DNA from: Auanema rhodensis
Lineage: Eukaryota > Animalia > Nematoda
Reading direction: 5' to 3'
Length of the DNA stretch: 64,000 nt
Assembly: GCA_964057225.1 (NCBI GenBank)
Contig: OZ059894.1
Span: forward strand, 2,232,001 to 2,296,000
Positions 10,900 to 25,700 of the stretch are shown piece by piece. The position numbers were made by a program, and so were the translations under genes. The notes under the pieces were generated by a model. The model did no database searches and had not been told where the DNA came from. It saw nothing but the letters and a program-made list of their open reading frames with translations. The first letter of the stretch is position 1. Each line of letters opens with the position of its first letter.

Positions 10900-13800
10900 T
10901 TCTTCAGGGTGAAAATCGAGGATATAAGTGTGAACTTATATCAGTTGATATCTCGGTGCATTTTTAAGCTAGCGCAAATCTGATAACACAGATCGACGCA
11001 GCTTGAAAATCCGCATCGAATGCACTATACTACTTTGAGAAGCGCTTAATACAAAAATTAGTTATGATCGTTTGAAAAATGATGCATTAGTGTATGTTGA
11101 GTTTCCATGTACAATCAACATAGCTTCCAAAAACATTTTGACAAAAATTTTTTCGAAAAATTTCAGAATAATTTAGCAAAAAGTAGATGTTTTTAGATTT
11201 CTTTTCTCAAGGCAAAGACGATGGACAATGTTATTCAACGAAAAAATTAATTCTTCAGGGTGAAAATCGAGGATATAAGTGTGAACTTATATCAGTTGAT
11301 ATCTCGGTGCATTTTTAAGCTAGCGCAAATCTGATAACACAGATCGACGCAGCTTGAAAATCCGCATCGAATGCACTATACTACTTTGAGAAGCGCTTAA
11401 TACAAAAATTAGTTATGATCGTTTGAAAAATGATGCATTAGTGTATGTTGAGTTTCCATGTACACTCAACATTGCTTCCAAAAACATTTTGACAAAAGTT
11501 TTTTCGAGAAATTTCAAAATAATTTAGCAGAAAGTAGATGTTTTTAGATTCCTTTTTTCAAGGCAAAGACGATGGACATTGTTATTCAACGAAAAAAGTA
11601 ATTCTTCAGGGTGAAAATCGAGGATATAAGTGTGAACTTATATCAGTTGATATCTCGGTGCATTTTTAAGCTAGCGCAAATCTGATAACACAGATCGACG
11701 CAGCTTAAAAATCCGCATCGAATGCACTATACTACATTGAGGAACGCTTAATACAAAAATTAGTTATGATTGTTTGAAAAATGATGCATTAGTGTATGTT
11801 GAGTTTCCATGTACACTCAACATAGCTTCCAAAAACATTTTGACAAAAATTTTTTCGAAAAATTTCGAAATAATTTAGCAAAAAGTAGATGTTTTTAGAT
11901 TCCTTTTTTCAAGGCAAAGACGATGGACAATGTTATTCAACGAAAAAATTAATTCTTCAGGGTGAAAATCGAGGATATAAGTGTGAACTTATATCAGTTG
12001 ATATCTCGGTGCATTTTTAAGCTAGCGCAAATCTGATAACACAGATCGACGCAGCTTGAAAATCCGCATCGAATGCACTATACTACTTTGAGAAGCGCTT
12101 AATACAAAAATTAGTTATGATCGTTTGAAAAATGATGCATTAGTGTATGTTGAGTTTCCATGTACACTCAACATTGCTTCCAAAAACATTTTGACAAAAG
12201 TTTTTTCGAGAAATTTCAAAATAATTTAGCAGAAAGTAGATGTTTTTAGATTCCTTTTTTCAAGGCAAAGACGATGGACATTGTTATTCAACGAAAAAAG
12301 TAATTCTTCAGGGTGAAAATCGAGGATGTAAGTGTGAACTTATATCAGTTGATATCTCGGTGCAGTTTTAAGCTAGCGCAAATCTGATAACACAGATCGA
12401 CGCAGCTTGAAAATCCGCATCGAATGCACTATACTACTTTGAGAAGCGCTTAATACAAAAATTAGTTATGATCGTTTGAAAAATGATGCATTAGTGTATG
12501 TTGAGTTTCCATGTACACTCAACATAGCTTCCAAAAACATTTTGACAAAAATTTTTTCTTTCGAAAAATTTTTTCTTTCGAAAAATTTGAAATTTTTTCT
12601 TTCGAAAAATTTTTTCTTTCGAAAAATTTTTTTTCGAAAAATTTCAAAATAATTTAGCAAAAAGTAGATGTTTTTAGATTTCTTTTCTCAAGGCAAAGAC
12701 GATGGACAATGTTATTCAACGAAAAAATTAATTCTTCAGGGTGAAAATCGAGGATATAAGTGTGAACTTATATCAGTTGATATCTCGGTGCATTTTTAAG
12801 CTAGCGCAAATCTGATAACACAGATCGACGCAGCTTGAAAATCCGCATCGAATGCACTATACTACATTGAGAAACGCTTAATACAAAAATTAGTTATGAT
12901 TGTTTGAAAAATGATGCATTAGTGTATGTTGAGTTTCCATGTACGCTCAACATTGCTTCCAAAAACATTTTGACAAAAATTTTTTCGAAAAATTTCAAAA
13001 TAATTTAGCAAAAAGTAGATGTTTTTAGATTTCTTTTCTCAAGGCAAAGACGATGGACAATGTTATTCAACGAAAAAATTAATTCTTCAGGGTGAAAATC
13101 GAGGATATAAGTGTGAACTTATATCAGTTGATATCTCGGTGCATTTTTAAGCTAGCGCAAATCTGATAACACAGATCGACGCAGCTTGAAAATCCGCATC
13201 GAATGCACTATACTACTTTGAGAAGCGCTTAATACAAAAATTAGTTATGATCGTTTGAAAAATGATGCATTAGTGTATGTTGAGTTTCCATGTACACTCA
13301 ACATAGCTTCCAAAAACATTTTGACAAAAATTTTTTCGAAAAATTTCAGAATAATTTAGCAAAAAGTAGATGTTTTTAGATTTCTTTTCTCAAGGCAAAG
13401 ACGATGGACAATGTTATTCAACGAAAAAATTAATTCTTCAGGGTGAAAATCGAGGATATAAGTGTGAACTTATATCAGTTGATATCTCGGTGCATTTTTA
13501 AGCTAGCGCAAATCTGATAACACAGATCGACGCAGCTTGAAAATCCGCATCGAATGCACTATACTACTTTGAGAAGCGCTTAATACAAAAATTAGTTATG
13601 ATCGTTTGAAAAATGATGCATTAGTGTATGTTGAGTTTCCATGTACACTCAACATTGCTTCCAAAAACATTTTGACAAAAGTTTTTTCGAGAAATTTCAA
13701 AATAATTTAGCAGAAAGTAGATGTTTTTAGATTCCTTTTTTCAAGGCAAAGACGATGGACATTGTTATTCAACGAAAAAAGTAATTCTTCAGGGTGAAAA

Positions 13801-14550
13801 TCGAGGATATAAGTGTGAACTTATATCAGTTGATATCTCGGTGCATTTTTAAGCTAGCGCAAATCTGATAACACAGATCGACGCAGCTTAAAAATCCGCA
13901 TCGAATGCACTATACTACATTGAGGAACGCTTAATACAAAAATTAGTTATGATTGTTTGAAAAATGATGCATTAGTGTATGTTGAGTTTCCATGTACACT
14001 CAACATAGCTTCCAAAAACATTTTGACAAAAATTTTTTCGAAAAATTTCGAAATAATTTAGCAAAAAGTAGATGTTTTTAGATTCCTTTTTTCAAGGCAA
14101 AGACGATGGACAATGTTATTCAACGAAAAAATTAATTCTTCAGGGTGAAAATCGAGGATATAAGTGTGAACTTATATCAGTTGATATCTCGGTGCATTTT
14201 TAAGCTAGCGCAAATCTGATAACACAGATCGACGCAGCTTGAAAATCCGCATCGAATGCACTATACTACTTTGAGAAGCGCTTAATACAAAAATTAGTTA
14301 TGATCGTTTGAAAAATGATGCATTAGTGTATGTTGAGTTTCCATGTACACTCAACATTGCTTCCAAAAACATTTTGACAAAAGTTTTTTCGAGAAATTTC
14401 AAAATAATTTAGCAGAAAGTAGATGTTTTTAGATTCCTTTTTTCAAGGCAAAGACGATGGACATTGTTATTCAACGAAAAAAGTAATTCTTCAGGGTGAA
14501 AATCGAGGATGTAAGTGTGAACTTATATCAGTTGATATCTCGGTGCAGTT
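10900..14550. repeat. Duplicated monomer train, offset 6 monomers + 77 bp (2183 bp); ends approximate
   Basis: Private variants pair at 11498/13681, 12200/14383, 12328/14511 and 12365/14548. Confidence 0.85.
12559..12635. repeat. 77-bp micro-tandem insertion (units of 17, 24, 17 and 19 bp) in monomer 36, making it 428 bp
   Basis: tttcgaaaaattttttc / tttcgaaaaatttgaaattttttc / tttcgaaaaattttttc / tttcgaaaaattttttttc. Monomer starts 12286 and 12714 differ by 351+77. Confidence 0.95.
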
Positions 14551-15049
14551 TTAAGCTAGCGCAAATCTGATAACACAGATCGACGCAGCTTAAAAATCCG
14601 CATCGAATGCACTATACTACATTGAGGAACGCTTAATACAAAAATTAGTTATGATTGTTTGAAAAATGATGCATTAGTGTATGTTGAGTTTCCATGTACA
14701 CTCAACATAGCTTCCAAAAACATTTTGACAAAAATTTTTTCGAAAAATTTCGAAATAATTTAGCAAAAAGTAGATGTTTTTAGATTCCTTTTTTCAAGGC
14801 AAAGACGATGGACAATGTTATTCAACGAAAAAATTAATTCTTCAGGGTGAAAATCGAGGATATAAGTGTGAACTTATATCAGTTGATATCTCGGTGCATT
14901 TTTAAGCTAGCGCAAATCTGATAACACAGATCGACGCAGCTTGAAAATCCGCATCGAATGCACTATACTACTTTGAGAAGCGCTTAATACAAAAATTAGT
15001 TATGATCGTTTGAAAAATGATGCATTAGTGTATGTTGAGTTTCCATGTA

Positions 15050-18000
15050 CACTCAACATAGCTTCCAAAAACATTTTGACAAAAATTTTTTCGAAAAATT
15101 TCGAAATAATTTAGCAAAAAGTAGATGTTTTTAGATTCCTTTTTTCAAGGCAAAGACGATGGACAATGTTATTCAACGAAAAAATTAATTCTTCAGGGTG
15201 AAAATCGAGGATATAAGTGTGAACTTATATCAGTTGATATCTCGGTGCATTTTTAAGCTAGCGCAAATCTGATAACACAGATCGACGCAGCTTGAAAATC
15301 CGCATCGAATGCACTATACTACATTGAGAAACGCTTAATACAAAAATTAGTTATGATTGTTTGAAAAATGATGCATTAGTGTATGTTGAGTTTCCATGTA
15401 CGCTCAACATTGCTTCCAAAAACATTTTGACAAAAATTTTTTCGAAAAATTTCAAAATAATTTAGCAAAAAGTAGATGTTTTTAGATTTCTTTTCTCAAG
15501 GCAAAGACGATGGACAATGTTATTCAACGAAAAAATTAATTCTTCAGGGTGAAAATCGAGGATATAAGTGTGAACTTATATCAGTTGATATCTCGGTGCA
15601 TTTTTAAGCTAGCGCAAATCTGATAACACAGATCGACGCAGCTTGAAAATCCGCATCGAATGCACTATACTACTTTGAGAAGCGCTTAATACAAAAATTA
15701 GTTATGATCGTTTGTAAAATGATGCATTAGTGTATGTTGAGTTTCCATGTACACTCAACATTGCTTCCAAAAACATTTTGACAAAAATTTTTTCGAGAAA
15801 TTTCAAAATAATTTAGCAGAAAGTAGATGTTTTTAGATTCCTTTTTTCAAGGCAAAGACGATGGACATTGTTATTCAACGAAAAAAGTAATTATTCAGGG
15901 TGAAAATCGAGGATATAAGTGTGAACTTATATCAGTTGATATCTCGGTGCATTTTTAAGCTAGCGCAAATCTGATAACACAGATCGACGCAGCTTAAAAA
16001 TCCGCATCGAATGCACTATACTACTTTGAGAAACGCTTAATACAAAAATTAGTTATGATCGTTTGAAAAATGATGCATTAGTGTATGTTGAGTTTCCATG
16101 TACACTCAACATTGCTTCCAAAAACATTTTGACAAAAATTTTTTCGAAAAATTTCAAAATAATTTAGCAAAAAGTAGATGTTTTTAGATTCCTTTTTTCA
16201 AGGCAAAGACGATGGACAATGTCATTCAACGAAAAAATTAATTCTTCAGGGTGAAAATCGAGGATATAAGTGTGAACTTATATCAGTTGATATCTCGGTG
16301 CATTTTTAAGCTAGCGCAAATCTGATAACACAGATCGACGCAGCTTGAAAATCCGCATCGAATGCACTATACTACTTTGAGAAACGCTTAATACAAAAAT
16401 TAGTTATGATCGTTTGAAAAATGATGCATTAGTGTATGTTGAGTTTCCATGTACACTCAACATTGCTTCCAGAAACATTTTGACAAAAATTTTTTCGAAA
16501 AATTTCAAAATAATATAGCAAAAAGTAGATGTTTTTAGATTCCTTTTTTTAAGTCAAAGACGATGGACAATGTTATTCAACGAAAAAATTAATTCTTCAG
16601 GGTGAAAATCGAGGATATAAGTGTGAACTTATATCAGTTGATATCTCGGTGCATTTTTAAGCTAGCGCAAATCTAATAACACAGATCGACGCAGCTTAAA
16701 AATCCGCATCGAATGCACTATACTACATTGAGGAACGCTTAATACAAAAATTAGTTATGATCGTTTGAAAAATAATGCATTAGTGTATGTTGAGTTTCCA
16801 TGTACAATCAACATAGCATCCAAAAACATTTTGACAAAAATTTTTTCGAAAAATTTCAGAATAATTTAGCAAAAAGTAGATGTTTTTAGATTTTTTTTCT
16901 CAAGGCAAAGACGATGGACAATGTTATTCAACGAAAAAATTAATTCTTCAGGGTGAAAATCGAGGATATAAGTGTGAACTTATATCAGTTGATATCTCGG
17001 TGCATTTTTAAGCTAGCGCAAATCTAATAACACAGATCGACGCAGCTTAAAAATCCGCATCGAATGCACTATACTACATTGAGGAACGCTTAATACAAAA
17101 ATTAGTTATGATCGTTTGAAAAATGATGCATTAGTGTATGTTGAGTTTCCATGTACACTCAACATAGCTTCCAAAAACATTTTGACAAAAATTTTTTCGA
17201 AAAATTTCGAAATAATTTAGCAAAAAGTAGATGTTTTTAGATTCCTTTTTTCAAGGCAAAGACGATGGACAATGTTATTCAACGAAAAAATTAATTCTTC
17301 AGGGTGAAAATCGAGGATATAAGTGTGAACTTATATCAGTTGATATCTCGGTGCATTTTTAAGCTAGCGCAAATCTGATAACACAGATCGACGCAGCTTG
17401 AAAATCCGCATCGAATGCACTATACTACATTGAGAAACGCTTAATACAAAAATTAGTTATGATTGTTTGAAAAATGATGCATTAGTGTATGTTGAGTTTC
17501 CATGTACGCTCAACATTGCTTCCAAAAACATTTTGACAAAAATTTTTTCGAAAAATTTCAAAATAATTTAGCAAAAAGTAGATGTTTTTAGATTTCTTTT
17601 CTCAAGGCAAAGACGATGGACAATGTTATTCAACGAAAAAATTAATTCTTCAGGGTGAAAATCGAGGATATAAGTGTGAACTTATATCAGTTGATATCTC
17701 GGTGCATTTTTAAGCTAGCGCAAATCTGATAACACAGATCGACGCAGCTTGAAAATCCGCATCGAATGCACTATACTACTTTGAGAAGCGCTTAATACAA
17801 AAATTAGTTATGATCGTTTGTAAAATGATGCATTAGTGTATGTTGAGTTTCCATGTACACTCAACATTGCTTCCAAAAACATTTTGACAAAAATTTTTTC
17901 GAGAAATTTCAAAATAATTTAGCAGAAAGTAGATGTTTTTAGATTCCTTTTTTCAAGGCAAAGACGATGGACATTGTTATTCAACGAAAAAAGTAATTAT

Positions 18001-19110
18001 TCAGGGTGAAAATCGAGGATATAAGTGTGAACTTATATCAGTTGATATCTCGGTGCATTTTTAAGCTAGCGCAAATCTGATAACACAGATCGACGCAGCT
18101 TAAAAATCCGCATCGAATGCACTATACTACTTTGAGAAACGCTTAATACAAAGATTAGTTATGATCGTTTGAAAAATGATGCATTAGTGTATGTTGAGTT
18201 TCCATGTACACTCAACATTGCTTCCAAAAACATTTTGACAAAAATTTTTTCGAAAAATTTCAAAATAATTTAGCAAAAAGTAGATGTTTTTAGATTCCTT
18301 TTTTCAAGGCAAAGACGATGGACAATGTCATTCAACGAAAAAATTAATTCTTCAGGGTGAAAATCGAGGATATAAGTGTGAACTTATATCAGTTGATATC
18401 TCGGTGCATTTTTAAGCTAGCGCAAATCTGATAACACAGATCGACGCAGCTTGAAAATCCGCATCGAATGCACTATACTACTTTGAGAAACGCTTAATAC
18501 AAAAATTAGTTATGATCGTTTGAAAAATGATGCATTAGTGTATGTTGAGTTTCCATGTACACTCAACATTGCTTCCAGAAACATTTTGACAAAAATTTTT
18601 TCGAAAAATTTCAAAATAATATAGCAAAAAGTAGATGTTTTTAGATTCCTTTTTTTAAGTCAAAGACGATGGACAATGTTATTCAACGAAAAAATTAATT
18701 CTTCAGGGTGAAAATCGAGGATATAAGTGTGAACTTATATCAGTTGATATCTCGGTGCATTTTTAAGCTAGCGCAAATCTAATAACACAGATCGACGCAG
18801 CTTAAAAATCCGCATCGAATGCACTATACTACATTGAGGAACGCTTAATACAAAAATTAGTTATGATCGTTTGAAAAATAATGCATTAGTGTATGTTGAG
18901 TTTCCATGTACAATCAACATAGCATCCAAAAACATTTTGACAAAAATTTTTTCGAAAAATTTCAGAATAATTTAGCAAAAAGTAGATGTTTTTAGATTTT
19001 TTTTCTCAAGGCAAAGACGATGGACAATGTTATTCAACGAAAAAATTAATTCTTCAGGGTGAAAATCGAGGATATAAGTGTGAACTTATATCAGTTGATA
19101 TCTCGGTGCA
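15050..19110. repeat. Tandem 6-monomer (2106 bp) duplication; ends approximate
   Basis: Private variants ttgTaaaat at 15715/17821 and ccaGaaac at 16472/18578. taatAtagc, aagTcaaag and tagcAtcc pair at the same offset. Confidence 0.9.
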
Positions 19111-19799
19111 TTTTTAAGTTAGCGCAAATCTGATAACACAGATCGACGCAGCTTGAAAATCCGCATCGAATGCACTATACTACTTTGAGAAGCGCTTAAT
19201 ACAAAAATTAGTTATGATCGTTTGAAAAATGATGCATTAGTGTATGTTGAGTTTCCATGTACACTCAACATTGCTTCCAAAAACATTTTGACAAAAATTT
19301 TTTCGAAAAATTTCAGAATAATTTAGCAAAAAGTAGATGTTTTTAGATTTCTTTTCTCAAGGCAAAGACGATGGACAATGTTATTCAACGAAAAAATTAA
19401 TTCTTCAGGGTGAAAATCGAGGATATAAGTGTGAACTTATATCAGTTGATATCTCGGTGCATTTTTAAGCTAGCGCAAATCTGATAACACAGATCGACGC
19501 AGCTTGAAAATCCGCATCGAATGCACTATACTACTTTGAGAAGCGCTTAATACAAAAATTAGTTATGATCGTTTGAAAAATGATGCATTAGTGTATGTTG
19601 AGTTTCCATGTACACTCAACATTGCTTCCAAAAACATTTTGACAAAAATTTTTTCGAGAAATTTCAAAATAATTTAGCAGAAAGTAGATGTTTTTAGATT
19701 CCTTTTTTCAAGGCAAAGACGATGGACATTGTTATTCAACGAAAAAAGTAATTATTCAGGGTGAAAATCGAGGATATAAGTGTGAACTTATATCAGTTG

Positions 19800-22700
19800 A
19801 TATCTCGGTGCATTTTTAAGCTAGCGCAAATCTGATAACACAGATCGACGCAGCTTAAAAATCCGCATCGAATGCACTATACTACATTGAGGAACGCTTG
19901 ATACAAAAATTAGTTATGATTGTTTGAAAAATGATGCATTAGTGTATGTTGAGTTTCCATGTACACTCAACATTGCTTCCAAAAACATTTTGACAAAAAT
20001 TTTTTCGAAAAATTTCAAAATAATTTAGCAAAAAGTAGATGTTTTTAGATTCCTTTTTTCAAGGCAAAGACGATGGACAATGTCATTCAACGAAAAAATT
20101 AATTCTTCAGGGTGAAAATCGAGGATATAAGTGTGAACTTATATCAGTGGATATCTCGGTGCATTTTTAAGCTAGCGCAAATCTGATAACACAGATCGAC
20201 GCAGCTTAAAAATCCGCATCGAATGCACTATACTACTTTGAGAAGCGCTTAATACAAAAATTAGTTATGATCGTTTGAAAAATAATGCATTAGTGTATGT
20301 TGAGTTTCCATGTACACTCAACATAGCTTCCAAAAACATTTTGACAAAAATTTTTTCGTAAAATTTCGAAATAATTTAGCGAAAAGTAGATGTTTTTAGA
20401 TTCCTTTTTTCAAGACAAAGACGATGGACAATGTTATTCAACGAAAAAATTAATTCTTCAGGGTGAAAATCGAGGATATAAGTGTGAACTTATATCAGTT
20501 GATATCTCGGTGCATTTTTAAGCTAGCGCAAATCTGATAACACAGATCGACGCAGCTTGAAAATCCGCATCGAATGCACTATACTACATTGAGGAACGCT
20601 TAATACAAAAATTAGTTATGATTGTTTGAAAAATGATGCATTAGTGTATGTTGAGTTTCCATGTACACTCAACATTGCTTCCAAAAACATTTTGACAAAA
20701 ATTTTTTCGAAAAATTTCAGAATAATTTAACAAAAAGTAGATGTTTTTAGATTCCTTTTTTCAAGGCAAAGACGATGGACAATGTCATTCAACGAAAAAA
20801 TTAATTCTTCAGGGTGAAAATCGAGGATATAAGTGTGAACTTATATCAGTGGATATCTCGGTGCATTTTTAAGCTAGCGCAAATCTGATAACACAGATCG
20901 ACGCAGCTTAAAAATCCGCATCGAATGCACTATACTACTTTGAGAAGCGCTTAATACAAAAATTAGTTATGATCGTTTGAAAAATAATGCATTAGTGTAT
21001 GTTGAGTTTCCATGTACACTCAACATAGCTTCCAAAAACATTTTGACAAAAATTTTTTCGAAAAATTTCGAAATAATTTAGCGAAAAGTAGATGTTTTTA
21101 GATTCCTTTTTTCAAGACAAAGACGATGGACAATGTTATTCAACGAAAAAATTAATTCTTCAGGGTGAAAATCGAGGATATAAGTGTGAACTTATATCAG
21201 TTGATATCTCGGTGCATTTTTAAGCTAGCGCAAATCTGATAACACAGATCGACGCAGCTTGAAAATCCGCATCGAATGCACTATACTACATTGAGAAACG
21301 CTTAATACAAAAATTAGTTATGATTGTTTGAAAAATGATGCATTAGTGTATGTTGAGTTTCCATGTACGCTCAACATTGCTCCCAAAAACATTTTGACAA
21401 AAATTTTTTCGAAAAATTTCAGAATAATTTAGCAAAAAGTAGATGTTTTTAGATTTCTTTTCTCAAGGCAAAGACGATGGACAATGTTATTCAACGAAAA
21501 AATTAATTCTTCAGGGTGAAAATCGAGGATATAAGTGTGAACTTATATCAGTTGATATCTCGGTGCATTTTTAAGCTAGCGCAAATCTGATAACACAGAT
21601 CGACGCAGCTTGAAAATCCGCATCGAATGCACTATACTACTTTGAGAAGCGCTTAATACAAAAATTAGTTATGATCGTTTGAAAAATGATGCATTAGTGT
21701 ATGTTGAGTTTCCATGTACACTCAACATTGCTTCCAAAAACATTTTGACAAAAATTTTTTTGAAAAATTTCAGAATAATTTAGCAAAAAGTAGATGTTTT
21801 TAGATTTCTTTTCTCAAGGCAAAGACGATGGACAATGTAATTCAACGAAAAAATTAATTCTTCAGGGTGAAAATCGAGGATATAAGTGTGAACTTATATC
21901 AGTTGATATCTCGGTGCATTTTTAAGCTAGCGCAAATCTGATAACACAGATCGACGCAGCTTAAAAATCCGCATCGAATGCACTATACTACATTGAGAAA
22001 CGCTTAATACAAAAATTAGTTATGATTGTTTGAAAAATGATGCATTAGTGTATGTTGAGTTTTCATGTACACTCAACATAGCTTCCAAAAACATTTTGAC
22101 AAAAATTTTTTCGAAAAATTTCGAAATAATTTAGCGAAAAGTAGATGTTTTTAGATTCCTTTTTTCAAGACAAAGACGATGGACAATGTTATTCAACGAA
22201 AAAATTAATTCTTCAGGGTGAAAATCGAGGACATAAGTGTGAACTTATATCAGTTGATATCTCGGTGCATTTTTAAGCTAGCGCAAATCTGATAACACAG
22301 ATCGACGCAGCTTGAAAATTCGCATCGAATGCACTATACTACATTGAGAAACGCTTAATACAAAAATTAGTTATGATTGTTTGAAAAATGATGCATTAGT
22401 GTATGTTGAGTTTCCATGTACGCTCAACATTGCTCCCAAAAACATTTTGACAAAAATTTTTTCGAAAAATTTCAAAATAATTTAGCAAAAAGTAGATGTT
22501 TTTAGATTCCTTTTTTCAAGGCAAAGACGATGGACAATGTTATTCAACGAAAAAATTAATTCTTCAGGGTGAAAATCGAGGATATAAGTGTGAACTTATA
22601 TCAGTTGATATCTCGGTGCATTTTTAAGCTAGCGCAAATCTAATAACACAGATCGACGCAGCTTAAAAATCCGCATCGAATGCACTATACTACATTGAGG

Positions 22701-25700
22701 AACGCTTAATACAAAAATTAGTTATGATCGTTTGAAAAATAATGCATTAGTGTATGTTGAGTTTCCATGTACACTCAACATAGCTTCCAAAAACATTTTG
22801 ACAAAAATTTTTTCGAAAAATTTCAGAATAATTTAGCAAAAAGTAGATGTTTTTAGATTTCTTTTCTCAAGGCAAAGACGATGGACAATGTTATTCAACG
22901 AAAAAATTAATTCTTCAGGGTGAAAATCGAGGATATAAGTGTGAACTTATATCAGTTGATATCTCGGTGCATTTTTAAGCTAGCGCAAATCTGATAACAC
23001 AGATCGATGCAGCTTGAAAATCCGCATCGAATGCACTATACTACTTTGAGAAGCGCTTAATACAAAAATTAGTTATGATCGTTTGAAAAATGATGCATTA
23101 GTGTATGTTGAGTTTCCATGTACACTCAACATTGCTTCCAAAAACATTTTGACAAAAATTTTTTCGAGAAATTTCAAAATAATTTGGCGAAAAATAGATG
23201 TTTTTAGATTCCTTTTTTCAAGACAAAGACGATGGACAATGTTATTCAACGAAAAAATTAATTCTTCAGGGTGAAAATCGAGGATATAAGTGTGAACTTA
23301 TATCAGTTGATATCTCGGTGCATTTTTAAGCTAGCGCAAATCTGATAACACAGATCGACGCAGCTTGAAAATCCGCATCGAATGCACTATACTACTTTGA
23401 GAAGCGCTTAATACAAAAATTAGTTATGATCGTTTGAAAAATGATGCATTAGTGTATGTTGAGTTTCCATGTACACTCAACATTGCTTCCAAAAACATTT
23501 TGACAAAAATTTTTTCGAAAAATTTCAGAATAATTTAGCAAAAAGTAGATGTTTTTAGATTTCTTTTCTCAAGGCAAAGACGATGGACAATGTTATTCAA
23601 CGAAAAAATTAATTCTTCAGGGTGAAAATCGAGGATATAAGTGTGAACTTATATCAGTTGATATCTCGGTGCATTTTTAAGCTAGCGCAAATCTGATAAC
23701 ACAGATCGACGCAGCTTGAAAATCCGCATCGAATGCACTATACTACTTTGAGAAGCGCTTAATACGAAAATTAGTTATGATCGTTTGAAAAATGATGCAT
23801 TAGTGTATGTTGAGTTTCCATGTACACTCAACATTGCTTCCAAAAACATTTTGACAAAAATTTTTTCGAGAAATTTCAAAATAATTTAGCAGAAAGTAGA
23901 TGTTTTTAGATTCCTTTTTTCAAGGCAAAGACGATGGACATTGTTATTCAACGAAAAAAGTAATTATTCAGGGTGAAAATCGAGGATATAAGTGTGAACT
24001 TATATCAGTTGATATCTCGGTGCATTTTTAAGCTAGCGCAAATCTGATAACACAGATCGACGCAGCTTAAAAATCCGCATCGAATGCACTATACTACATT
24101 GAGGAACGCTTAATACAAAAATTAGTTATGATTGTTTGAAAAATGATGCATTAGTGTATGTTGAGTTTCCATGTACACTCAACATTGCTTCCAAAAACAT
24201 TTTGACAAAAATTTTTTCGAAAAATTTCAAAATAATTTAGCAAAAAGTAGATGTTTTTAGATTCCTTTTTTCAAGGCAAAGACGATGGACAATGTCATTC
24301 AACGAAAAAATTAATTCTTCAGGGTGAAAATCGAGGATATAAGTGTGAACTTATATCAGTGGATATCTCGGTGCATTTTTAAGCTAGCGCAAATCTGATA
24401 ACACAGATCGACGCAGCTTAAAAATCCGCATCGAATGCACTATACTACTTTGAGAAGCGCTTAATACAAAAATTAGTTATGATCGTTTGAAAAATAATGC
24501 ATTAGTGTATGTTGAGTTTCCATGTACACTCAACATAGCTTCCAAAAACATTTTGACAAAAATTTTTTCGAAAAATTTCGAAATAATTTAGCGAAAAGTA
24601 GATGTTTTTAGATTCCTTTTTTCAAGACAAAGACGATGGACAATGTTATTCAACGAAAAAATTAATTCTTCAGGGTGAAAATCGAGGATATAAGTGTGAA
24701 CTTATATCAGTTGATATCTCGGTGCATTTTTAAGCTAGCGCAAATCTGATAACACAGATCGACGCAGCTTGAAAATCCGCATCGAATGCACTATACTACA
24801 TTGAGGAACGCTAAATACAAAAATTAGTTATGATTGTTTGAAAAATGATGCATTAGTGTATGTTGAGTTTCCATGTACACTCAACATTGCTTCCAAAAAC
24901 ATTTTGACAAAAATTTTTTCGAAAAATTTCAAAATAATTTAGCAAAAAGTAGATGTTTTTAGATTCCTTTTTTCAAGGCAAAGACGATGGACAATGTCAT
25001 TCAACGAAAAAATTAATTCTTCAGGGTGAAAATCGAGGATATAAGTGTGAACTTATATCAGTGGATATCTCGGTGCATTTTTAAGCTAGCGCAAATCTGA
25101 TAACACAGATCGACGCAGCTTAAAAATCCGCATCGAATGCACTATACTACTTTGAGAAGCGCTTAATACAAAAATTAGTTATGATCGTTTGAAAAATAAT
25201 GCATTAGTGTATGTTGAGTTTCCATGTACACTCAACATAGCTTCCAAAAACATTTTGACAAAAATTTTTTCGAAAAATTTCGAAATAATTTAGCGAAAAG
25301 TAGATGTTTTTAGATTCCTTTTTTCAAGACAAAGACGATGGACAATGTTATTCAACGAAAAAATTAATTCTTCAGGGTGAAAATCGAGGATATAAGTGTG
25401 AACTTATATCAGTTGATATCTCGGTGCATTTTTAAGCTAGCGCAAATCTGATAACACAGATCGACGCAGCTTGAAAATCCGCATCGAATGCACTATACTA
25501 CATTGAGAAACGCTTAATACAAAAATTAGTTATGATTGTTTGAAAAATGATGCATTAGTGTATGTTGAGTTTCCATGTACGCTCAACATTGCTCCCAAAA
25601 ACATTTTGACAAAAATTTTTTCGAAAAATTTCAAAATAATTTAGCAAAAAGTAGATGTTTTTAGATTCCTTTTTTCAAGGCAAAGACGATGGACAATGTT

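Noticed and set aside
12466-12660. 64-aa minus-strand ORF
   Set aside because: Reaches the length threshold only because of the 77-bp low-complexity insertion; F/K/R repeats with no domain.
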